Shown here: positions 57,190-64,000 of the stretch, piece by piece
Layout: every line of letters starts with the position of its first letter
How positions within the stretch are numbered: the first letter of the stretch is position 1
Virus record (IMG/VR): IMGVR_UViG_3300005537_000001
Location: 304,055-368,054 of that record
Length of the DNA: 64,000 nt
Reading direction: 5' to 3' (one strand)
Made by a program: the position numbers and the translations under genes
Notes under the pieces: model-generated
Databases searched by the model: none
The model's input: only the letters and a program-made list of their open reading frames with translations
What the model was told of the DNA's origin: nothing

Positions 57190-58089
57190 ATGAAAATTTT
57201 TACAAAAACCAAGTGCTGGATTTTACGAAAAGCACTAGAAAACAATCTTTTCACGGTGATGTTACCGCTGAAAGGTAAAATTAACAGTCTCCCCAAAAAG
57301 TGCTACAACATTTTTTCATATGCGGACCACGAGGGGTTAAAACGCTATCGTTTAGAATATGTTGCCGGAGATAAAATTCTAGCTAGACCATTTATCAAGC
57401 ATGAATCTACCACTGATTCATTACCAGAAACCGTTGAAATACATGCGTCTGACATTTTCAAAGGAAAATTGAGCATTCATGTATGGGCCAAAAACACCAA
57501 AGTTGAATGGCAAGAAGCTGATGATAACTTCTACCTTTTAGGGAATGATCGTCAATATACTAGCGTCTGGGATATTTTGATTTATGAGTGGTTGTTCGGT
57601 AGACTGCTTCACGACGCGTGGGAATGGTTTAAGCAAAAGTGGTTCAATTCCAGATTCAAAACTATCCAAGATCTACAAGAGGTCCGACGATCGTGCATAA
57701 ATGTGCTCATGTCAAAAAGTCCATTTAAAGCTGATGATGTTATGGAAAATCTATATGATATGTCTAAATTGAAGTGGATGAAGCTTTACAGATTACCGGA
57801 TGGTGGATATGGAAAAACAAAAAAGAAATTAAACATGTATCTGACAGATTTAGTTAATGGAGAAGAATTGCAACGTGGGCCAAATGATAGTTTTGTGCAA
57901 GGTAAAATTTTTGGAGTGTACGAAGATATCGACACCAAGGATCGCGAATACACATCTACTAGGAAGCTTACGTTGTTACTTTTGATTGCAACTTTAATTT
58001 CAGCTTTTGCTTCAGTTATTGAAATCGTGCATCATTGGGATAAGGTAATTTTGCTTTCTGATTTTTGGCTTAAACATCAAGGAGTATGA
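57190..58089 (+). CDS. AT-rich hypothetical protein with C-terminal TM helix
   Basis: LTLLLLIATLISAFASVIEIV near the C-terminus; followed by a terminator. Confidence 0.65.
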   Translation: MKIFTKTKCWILRKALENNLFTVMLPLKGKINSLPKKCYNIFSYADHEGLKRYRLEYVAGDKILARPFIKHESTTDSLPETVEIHASDIFKGKLSIHVWAKNTKVEWQEADDNFYLLGNDRQYTSVWDILIYEWLFGRLLHDAWEWFKQKWFNSRFKTIQDLQEVRRSCINVLMSKSPFKADDVMENLYDMSKLKWMKLYRLPDGGYGKTKKKLNMYLTDLVNGEELQRGPNDSFVQGKIFGVYEDIDTKDREYTSTRKLTLLLLIATLISAFASVIEIVHHWDKVILLSDFWLKHQGV

Positions 58090-58159
58090 AATTGGAACAT
58101 ACGCTCTCTAAGATATAAAGTTTGAGGCTGTCAAGCAGAAGGATCAAGTAAAACTCAAG

Positions 58160-58193
58160 AAGGGCAGGTGCTTAAACATCTGCCCTTTCTTTT
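58160..58193 (+). terminator. Rho-independent terminator
   Basis: AAGGGCAGGTG-CTTAAA-CATCTGCCCTT then TCTTTT. Confidence 0.75.
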
Positions 58194-58210
58194 GCTCCGG
58201 GTCTGGATGC

Positions 58211-58218
58211 ACTAAATA
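58211..58218 (+). promoter_or_regulatory. Late promoter variant ACTAAATA
   Basis: Between the terminator and the GGAG SD of 58239. Confidence 0.55.
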
Positions 58219-58238
58219 GTCTACCAGCTGGAGATAAC

Positions 58239-58808
58239 ATGCTAGTCCGTGAACTGCTTCAAGAAATAGAAAAATTGAACCTGCCAAAAGGTGATTACGC
58301 GCTAGATCAAGTAATGCGCGGCATGTTTGATACCTCAGCATACCGTCCGTACAAGAAGATAGGTTCTGCCGGTGGTTACGATTTTCTTATCTATCAGCAC
58401 ATAATCGGTAAGCTGAGCGACCTAATGGGCATCATCAAGCGCGGCAAGGAAATTGTTGGGTCGGTAGTTCTCAAGAAGCTGCCATCCAGCGAGGCTGGCA
58501 CCCACGCCTACGTTACCGACGCGGTACAGGTTAAGGAAGCTCACCGTGGAAAAAATCTCGGGGTTGAGCTTTATCGCAAGCTCATAAGCTACGGTCTTAT
58601 CTTGGTAAGTTCCGACAAGCAATCTGCTGGTGGTCAGGCGATCTGGAAAAAGCTGCTGCAGGACAAATCAATCAACGTAGAACGGTTCAACATGCATGAT
58701 GATTTTCACGGCAGGAAAAATTTCTCGAAGCCGGTAAAATCCCTTGCCGCGATGTATCATTCACCATTTAACTCGCAGTTTGACAAGCGCTTCGTAGCGT
58801 TCAAATAA
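58239..58808 (+). CDS. GNAT-family acetyltransferase with class-I leader MLVRELLQE
   Basis: V.V...HRGKNLG..LY acetyl-CoA motif; L.SS..QS.GG..IW..L. Confidence 0.8.
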   Translation: MLVRELLQEIEKLNLPKGDYALDQVMRGMFDTSAYRPYKKIGSAGGYDFLIYQHIIGKLSDLMGIIKRGKEIVGSVVLKKLPSSEAGTHAYVTDAVQVKEAHRGKNLGVELYRKLISYGLILVSSDKQSAGGQAIWKKLLQDKSINVERFNMHDDFHGRKNFSKPVKSLAAMYHSPFNSQFDKRFVAFK

Positions 58809-58818
58809 GGAATAATCT

Positions 58819-59148
58819 ATGCTTCTTGAAGAACTTAAATCGGGTGATACTGACACATACTTTCGAAATATGTTTCGTAGCCACATGAACGCGGATAAGA
58901 TCAAACAGATAGTGGACAAGTTAAGATCTGAAAATAAACTTGACAAGGGAAAGATAGTGAAGGGAATTCTGCATGCCATCAAGGATGACGGCGCCGCCAA
59001 TCTTTTTATCACGGTTGGCGAGGATAGATATCCATCTCTATTTTTGGGTACCTTAAAACGTATTAGGCGCGCGCTCGGTGATGATGATCCGGGTGAAGAG
59101 CTTGACGCTATCCAAAAATCATTGGAATACAACACGGATGAAAAATAA
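58819..59148 (+). CDS. Small protein with one degenerate copy of the ...E[LF].AI.KS repeat domain
   Basis: MLLEEL leader; DK.KIVK.IL..IKDD ... EELDAIQKSL. Confidence 0.65.
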   Translation: MLLEELKSGDTDTYFRNMFRSHMNADKIKQIVDKLRSENKLDKGKIVKGILHAIKDDGAANLFITVGEDRYPSLFLGTLKRIRRALGDDDPGEELDAIQKSLEYNTDEK

Positions 59149-59726
59149 TGAATAACTTTACAACAGCCCTAAATCACGTCATGCTCTACGAGGTTGGACC
59201 ATGGTTCAACACCAACGATCCAGACACTATCGCGGGCACCACCGGTACCCCCCAGCTCGACCGCAAGTGTGGCTTCGTGAACATCGCCGGCGACGCCGGT
59301 GGAGTAACGAAGTACGGAATAGCGTCAGCCGATAATCCAGGCGTCGACGTTGCTAACCTCACCCTCACCCAGGCATCCCAGATCTACCAGGAGAAGTATT
59401 GGCTAGCTGGGCACTGCGACAAGATCTCTAGCGGACCGGTCACCATCTTCCAGTTCGACATGATCGTGAACAACGGCGGTGGTCGCGCCGCCAAGATCCT
59501 GCAGCAGGCAGCTGGAGTCACGGTTGATGGTAGCATCGGTCCTGGCACCCTTGCCGCGGTAAACGCGCTCGATCCAGCTACCCTGATCAATTCCCTGTCA
59601 ACAATCCGCGCCGCCCGCTACAACGCGATCGCGCAGAACGACCCTTCCCAGGCTCGCTTTCTAGCTGGCTGGTTGCGCCGGTGCACAGAGGTTACCCAAT
59701 TTGCTTTAGCGCAGATTCAGCCATAA
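59148..59726 (+). CDS. Glycoside hydrolase family 108 endolysin with PG-binding C-terminus
   Basis: E.G...GFVN..GD.GG.TKYGI; LT..QA..IY...YW; FD..VN.G...A...LQ...GV..DG.IGP.TL; RF..GW.RR. Confidence 0.88.
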   Translation: MNNFTTALNHVMLYEVGPWFNTNDPDTIAGTTGTPQLDRKCGFVNIAGDAGGVTKYGIASADNPGVDVANLTLTQASQIYQEKYWLAGHCDKISSGPVTIFQFDMIVNNGGGRAAKILQQAAGVTVDGSIGPGTLAAVNALDPATLINSLSTIRAARYNAIAQNDPSQARFLAGWLRRCTEVTQFALAQIQP

Positions 59727-59729
59727 ATA
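59722..59729 (+). promoter_or_regulatory. Late promoter CATAAATA
   Basis: Overlaps the endolysin stop. Confidence 0.7.
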
Positions 59730-59750
59730 GAATATCAATTGGAGGCTTGA

Positions 59751-60032
59751 ATGCTTACGCGCGAATTGCTCAGTGAAAAGGTTGCACCGCTACCAGCTGG
59801 AATGTCCATTGAGGATTCATTCGTTGAGCTGCAGAAGCGGCTTGGTGCCGCCAAGGCAGCGTTTGGCATCATCAACAAGATCAAGGACAAGGAGCAGCGC
59901 AAGAAGCACTTTTCCTCCGTCACTGGAAACATGAACACGCTTCGAGCCCAGCTTTCAAGGCTTGACAAGCAGCTTAACGATTTTTACCGAGCCGAAAGAA
60001 GCTACGAGCGCGGTGAGCTTCACGCAGAATAA
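59751..60032 (+). CDS. Small helical protein with class-I leader MLTRELLSE
   Basis: GGAGG SD, late promoter. Confidence 0.7.
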   Translation: MLTRELLSEKVAPLPAGMSIEDSFVELQKRLGAAKAAFGIINKIKDKEQRKKHFSSVTGNMNTLRAQLSRLDKQLNDFYRAERSYERGELHAE

Positions 60033-60043
60033 CGGAGACAACC

Positions 60044-60631
60044 ATGTCAAATTTCAATGAATTACGCAAGCTAGCTGGCATTCCCATCATTGTGGAAGAT
60101 CAACCATATACCAACGCCGAAGCTCCACAGCGTGAGATACGAGAGCCAAAAGTTGGACCAGATGGTTTGTTTGTTCAACCACGAGATTTTAGCGCGGCTC
60201 GAGAAATTCTTGAGGTAGAAAACCGCACCCGCTTTGCCGGTCACTTCAAGTTTGCCGACATGTACACCGGGCAAACTCGTACCTACGATGAGCTTGGACG
60301 CTACAACTGTGGTCGCTGCAACCAGTACCAAGATCCAGGCGATCAGTGCCTGCTCTTGAAGATTAAGAAGGTTGATCATCAAGCTGGAAGCTGCGGTGAC
60401 TGGGAAAATATCTGCGCCGGCGATCCAGAGATGCTCCTCCATCTCAAGAGCGTCGAGTCAGCTGGATATGGCGTTGCCAAGAATGGCATCGGCTTTGGCT
60501 GCCTCCGCTGTCCATACGCATCGGCGGCGTACAAGCCAGACAGTCGCGGCCGCGATCTCTACTGCGGTAAGGGCGACTTCAGAACGTTTTCCACCGCGTG
60601 CTGCGGGTTGAACGGCGCGCCGACAGTATGA
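60044..60631 (+). CDS. Cys-rich protein (two HiPIP-like/metal-binding units) with LAG tag
   Basis: NELRKLAGI; CGRC.QY....QC......V....GSC..W; CLRC.YA...YC.......ACC. Confidence 0.6.
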   Translation: MSNFNELRKLAGIPIIVEDQPYTNAEAPQREIREPKVGPDGLFVQPRDFSAAREILEVENRTRFAGHFKFADMYTGQTRTYDELGRYNCGRCNQYQDPGDQCLLLKIKKVDHQAGSCGDWENICAGDPEMLLHLKSVESAGYGVAKNGIGFGCLRCPYASAAYKPDSRGRDLYCGKGDFRTFSTACCGLNGAPTV

Positions 60632-60735
60632 GCGATTGGCTTCGCTACCGGCTTGCGTGGATATGTCCGAGGTGCGGGAAGGCGCAGTGGATTTGGAGCC
60701 TACATCTACGCTGTCCGGCAGATAAGGATAAATAG
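60628..60735 (+). CDS. Possible 35-aa Cys/Trp-rich peptide
   Basis: ATGA-coupled; MSDWLRYRLAWICPRCGKAQWIWSLHLRCPADKDK. Confidence 0.35.
   Translation: MSDWLRYRLAWICPRCGKAQWIWSLHLRCPADKDK
60727..60734 (+). promoter_or_regulatory. Late promoter GATAAATA
   Basis: Upstream of the AGGAG SD of 60762. Confidence 0.7.
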
Positions 60736-60761
60736 CAAGTCTTTCAACAGGAGTACCTGCT

Positions 60762-61529
60762 ATGACCCATTCATACTATCACGCACCGCGCACCTTCAAG
60801 GTCGTGCGCAGCGTTCCAGATCCTAGCGTACAAAATTTCCTATCAATATCAAAACCAGTAGCTCTTCCAGCGGCTGTAGATCTTCGCCCTAGCTGCCCAC
60901 CGGTATATGATCAGGGCGATCTTGGCTCATGCACCGGCAACGCGATCGCGGCGGCGATTGAATTTGATCTCATGAAGCAGGGAAAATCACCCATCGCACC
61001 GTCACGCCTGTTCATCTACTACAACGAGCGCCTGATGGAAGGTGACGTTGGCGAGGATGCCGGCGCCCAAATTCACGACGGCATCAAGTGCATCGCCACC
61101 TACGGTGTTTGCGCCGAAGCTCTATGGCCATACAACCCAGCTGCATTTACCGTAAAGCCGAGCGCTGAAGCTTATGCCGCCGCGGCAGCTGAAAAGGCGC
61201 TGAGCTATTACGCGCTCGACATCACCGTTGACGCAATGAAGCAGGCGCTTGCCCAAGGCTATCCGATCGTTATTGGGATGCAGGTATTTGGAGAGATGGA
61301 AAGTGAATACGTAGCAAAAACCGGCCACGTTTCAATGCCATCAAATCCAAGCGACAGCCTTGGTGGTCACTGCGTGCTAGTAGTTGGGTATGATGACTCG
61401 AAGCAGTGCCTGATAGTGCGCAACAGCTGGGGTGCCGATTGGGGCATCGGCGGGTACTTTACCCTGCCGTATGCGTACGTAACTCCTGAGCTGATGACCG
61501 ATTTTTGGGTTATTACCGCGGTAGCATGA
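60762..61529 (+). CDS. Papain-like C1 cysteine peptidase
   Basis: LP..VDLR; DQG.LGSCT (Gln, Cys); SRLFIYY; GGHCV (His); RNSWG..WG..GY (Asn). Confidence 0.92.
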   Translation: MTHSYYHAPRTFKVVRSVPDPSVQNFLSISKPVALPAAVDLRPSCPPVYDQGDLGSCTGNAIAAAIEFDLMKQGKSPIAPSRLFIYYNERLMEGDVGEDAGAQIHDGIKCIATYGVCAEALWPYNPAAFTVKPSAEAYAAAAAEKALSYYALDITVDAMKQALAQGYPIVIGMQVFGEMESEYVAKTGHVSMPSNPSDSLGGHCVLVVGYDDSKQCLIVRNSWGADWGIGGYFTLPYAYVTPELMTDFWVITAVA

Positions 61530-62389
61530 TGAAGCTTGTAGCTGAACTTTCTAGGTTGATTCCACGCGGCCTCCTGCAGGAGGCCGATTTGTCTGGTGAG
61601 AGGGATTCTGCTGGAAAATTCACGAGAGTTGCGCGCGGCAGGCTTATTGGAAGGTTTGCTCAAGGATTTAGCCTACAGCAAATTCACAGCATGATGAAGG
61701 TTAAGAAATTAGATAGCGCGGAGCAAGATGACATCTATGACGAGATTCTAGCTGAAAAGGATGTCGTCATTAAGCGCGCGCTGCACTACCTGAAGGATGA
61801 TGATGTCGCGGCGCTAAAGCAGCTGATATTTTACGCTAAAAAGTTTGGGCATTATTACCCAGAATTCAAGGCGATAGAAAAGAGCATGGGAGTACAAGAA
61901 GGTTCCTCGCAGCGCGCGTTCTCAGCTGGATATGGTGACGATGAAAACATTCAATTTGTAAATCGACGCCGTGGAAAGAAGGTTGTAAAGAGCGTCATCG
62001 TGAAGGAAGAGAAGCTCACCTTTACCGCGCAGGAACTAACGCTAGATAGCCTACGCAGTCAAGGAGATTTGGTGGTATTAGTAATGAGCGATTTAGATAT
62101 TGGTGACTATTACGGCATTTCCGTAATATTTAGGCGCAATGGTAAAATTGAATCCTCGATTGGAGATGCTGCTGCAAAGGCTGAATGGAAGAAATACAAA
62201 AATGAAATTATCAAAACAGCACTCGATTTTCTGCACATTGGCAACAAAGAAAAGCTTCTCAAGGACATCCTAACCGATTACAAAGACGATCTTATCTATC
62301 TTGTAAAAGCGCTCATAAACCTTTCGCGAAAACAAGGTTTTGACTACCCTGAATTCAAGGCAATTGAGAAGAGTTTAAAAGCAAAGTAA
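61526..62389 (+). CDS. Multi-segment protein with two YPEFKAIEKS repeat domains
   Basis: ATGA-coupled to the peptidase; GHYYPEFKAIEKSM and GFDYPEFKAIEKSL; LQE and VQE junctions. Confidence 0.7.
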   Translation: MMKLVAELSRLIPRGLLQEADLSGERDSAGKFTRVARGRLIGRFAQGFSLQQIHSMMKVKKLDSAEQDDIYDEILAEKDVVIKRALHYLKDDDVAALKQLIFYAKKFGHYYPEFKAIEKSMGVQEGSSQRAFSAGYGDDENIQFVNRRRGKKVVKSVIVKEEKLTFTAQELTLDSLRSQGDLVVLVMSDLDIGDYYGISVIFRRNGKIESSIGDAAAKAEWKKYKNEIIKTALDFLHIGNKEKLLKDILTDYKDDLIYLVKALINLSRKQGFDYPEFKAIEKSLKAK

Positions 62390-62438
62390 CCTGATTAAGA
62401 ACCTGGTAAATATAGCATGATCCACAGTAGGGCGTATC

Positions 62439-62693
62439 ATGCTATCAATCTTCAAGCGCAAACCAAAACAAATACAGGATAATCATATGGAATATTTCTC
62501 TCAAGAATTTCTCGATCAGCTTATCAACGAGCACAAGCTTGTTAACGCGTCAATTCACCAGCTTACAGACCGCTACAAGCAGTACGTTCAAGCTCACAGC
62601 CCAGATGCTCTTACCGCTGCCCTCACAACTCTCCGCGGCAAGAAGGTAGAGCTTGAGGCGAAGATAGATGTTTTATCGGAATATTTGAAATAA
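62439..62693 (+). CDS. Hypothetical coiled-coil protein (alternative start 62487)
   Basis: ORF track; GGTAAATA box at 62405-62412. Confidence 0.55.
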   Translation: MLSIFKRKPKQIQDNHMEYFSQEFLDQLINEHKLVNASIHQLTDRYKQYVQAHSPDALTAALTTLRGKKVELEAKIDVLSEYLK

Positions 62694-63383
62694 ATGCTAA
62701 AATGGTATGTTTATCTGTGGAGGGATCCACAAGATAATATTCCACGCTATGTTGGCAAGGGTCAAGAAAATAGAGTTTGGGATCATATTCAAAAATCTTC
62801 TGCAACCTATTATTCGCGTCTACTAAAGAAAAGATACAGGGACGGATATATCTGTCTACCTCAATTGATATGGGTGAATACGGAAAAAGAAGCTTATGAA
62901 CTCGAGACACTCCTCATTCAAACAATTGGTAGAAAAGATCGGGGTGAAGGTCCCCTTCTTAATAATACCGATGGTGGCGGTTCACTTAATCCATCTCCCG
63001 AAACTAAATTGCTAATAGCTGAGAGGGCTCGCATAAGCACGAAAATTTCATGGACCATTCCTGTTATCAGAGAAAAACGAACAGCATCTCTGCGTTTAGC
63101 AGCTTCAGATCCAGAAGTTCAGCGTAAAAAGGGAAATTCCCTAAAAATAACGTTATCTACACCAGAAGCTAAACTCAAAAGAAGTGCTACTATTAGAGAG
63201 ATGCTTTCTAGACCAGAGGTGCAGACCAAACGAAGTGCATCTATTAAATTAGCATTTTCTCATGAAGAAACTAAAGCGAAAAGATCAGCTTATCTTACAT
63301 TACCTGCTTCTTGCATCGTATGTCGTAAAACAACCTCTGTTGCAGGCGTGAACGCACATTTTAAGTGCCACCCTAAATCATGA
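62694..63383 (+). mobile_element. GIY-YIG (LEM-3-like subtype) homing endonuclease, paralogue of 56528-57088
   Basis: WYVYLW.DP..NIPRYVGKG; L.N.TDGG; about 16-aa PE...KRS repeats; C-terminal CIVC...H..C. Confidence 0.8.
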
Positions 63384-63386
63384 GAG

Positions 63387-63394
63387 CATAAATA
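63387..63394 (+). promoter_or_regulatory. Late promoter CATAAATA
   Basis: Intergenic, before 63429. Confidence 0.75.
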
Positions 63395-63428
63395 CTACAT
63401 GCAACTCTCTAACCAATAAGGTTTAGCA

Positions 63429-64000
63429 ATGTCAGTATCTACGCAAATCACAACGCAGGACCTGTGGAATGACGGGCAAGCGATAACGATTACCCAAACA
63501 TTGGTTGGAAATACGCTGGTGCTAAAGTGGGTGCCACCAGCCCATCCGGTCGCGTATGATGGTGCCGTTGTTGTCGTTGGAACTAAACCGCAGGGTGGCC
63601 TTGAACAACCTCTAGATGGAACCCACTATAACGCATCGTCAAACTTTGGCGCTCCAGCTCAGCCAAATGGAATGATCGGTGACGCGCAGGTAGTTGCCGC
63701 CTACTACGGTTATTTCGGTGACAGCATAACGTCAAACACGACAGTTACCGTTACTAACATCGACCCAACAAAAATTTACTACGCGTCAATCTACGCCGCG
63801 TCCAACGTTCTTCAATACTATTCTGTCGGATCTCAATCATACCCCCTGCAGTCGGGGCCGCAAGATAAGGACATAATGCCGTACGCTGGATCTATCCCGA
63901 CGGCATTTTCACCACCGCTAAATCCAACCCCCGGTCAAGCTTACTTTGATCCATCATCTAACGTTGTGTTCATTTATGATGGTCAACAGCAGGCATGGGC
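63429..64000 (+). CDS. Partial ORF running off the window end; putative virion structural protein
   Basis: Not in the track; open from ATG 63429: MSVSTQITTQDLWNDGQ...P.NPTPGQAYFD...YDG; late promoter; shares the P..GQ.[WY]FD motif with 9046-10065. Confidence 0.65.
   Translation, partial: MSVSTQITTQDLWNDGQAITITQTLVGNTLVLKWVPPAHPVAYDGAVVVVGTKPQGGLEQPLDGTHYNASSNFGAPAQPNGMIGDAQVVAAYYGYFGDSITSNTTVTVTNIDPTKIYYASIYAASNVLQYYSVGSQSYPLQSGPQDKDIMPYAGSIPTAFSPPLNPTPGQAYFDPSSNVVFIYDGQQQAW

Noticed and set aside
61505-61525. TTG start for the 294-aa ORF
   Set aside because: Inside the peptidase gene; ATG 61526 overlaps the peptidase stop (ATGA)
38544-63428. Group I introns or inteins around the three GIY-YIG genes
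   Set aside because: Flanking genes appear complete, intergenic gaps are too short for an intron core, and no intein motifs were seen in gp46, portal or MCP
1-64000. tRNA/rRNA genes and stop-codon reassignment
   Set aside because: No cloverleaf recognised in the short intergenic gaps (tRNAscan not run); conserved genes are full length in the standard code and end at TAA, TAG and TGA

Overview
The window is a 64 kb piece of a large T4-related (Tevenvirinae-like/jumbo) myovirus genome in the standard genetic code, probably infecting a Gram-negative host because it carries two-component spanins. 1-34.2 kb (minus strand) is a tail/baseplate late module: spanins, a 2298-aa fibre, a 2972-aa wedge-like protein, gp6, gp25, gp5, a hub, a gp53-like protein and a tube-initiator-like protein. 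34.3-42.7 kb (plus) is a sigma70-driven block: gp55 late sigma, gp47/gp46, a GIY-YIG homing endonuclease, a resolvase-like nuclease, a deoxyribosyltransferase-like protein, a family-A/TV-Pol-like polymerase and an apparently catalytically dead copy of the prohead protease. 42.7-46.8 kb holds a gp26/gp51-like chaperone pair with a -1 slippery site and a tape-measure-like gene. 46.8-56.1 kb is the head module (portal, protease, core proteins, scaffold, MCP). 56-64 kb is accessory late genes. The most striking pattern is about 15 unrelated small or enzymatic late proteins that carry one of two short N-terminal tags. One tag is M-L-x-x-E-L-L-(x)-E. The other is L-[KR]-x-L-A-G, which matches the extreme C-terminus of the scaffold protein. 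Most tags end at a prohead-protease-type [ILV]-x-E site, and several of the proteins are repeat polyproteins with such sites between the units. I infer a modular capsid cargo-addressing and processing system for enzymes delivered with the virion. All family assignments are from motif recognition by eye; no database searches were run.
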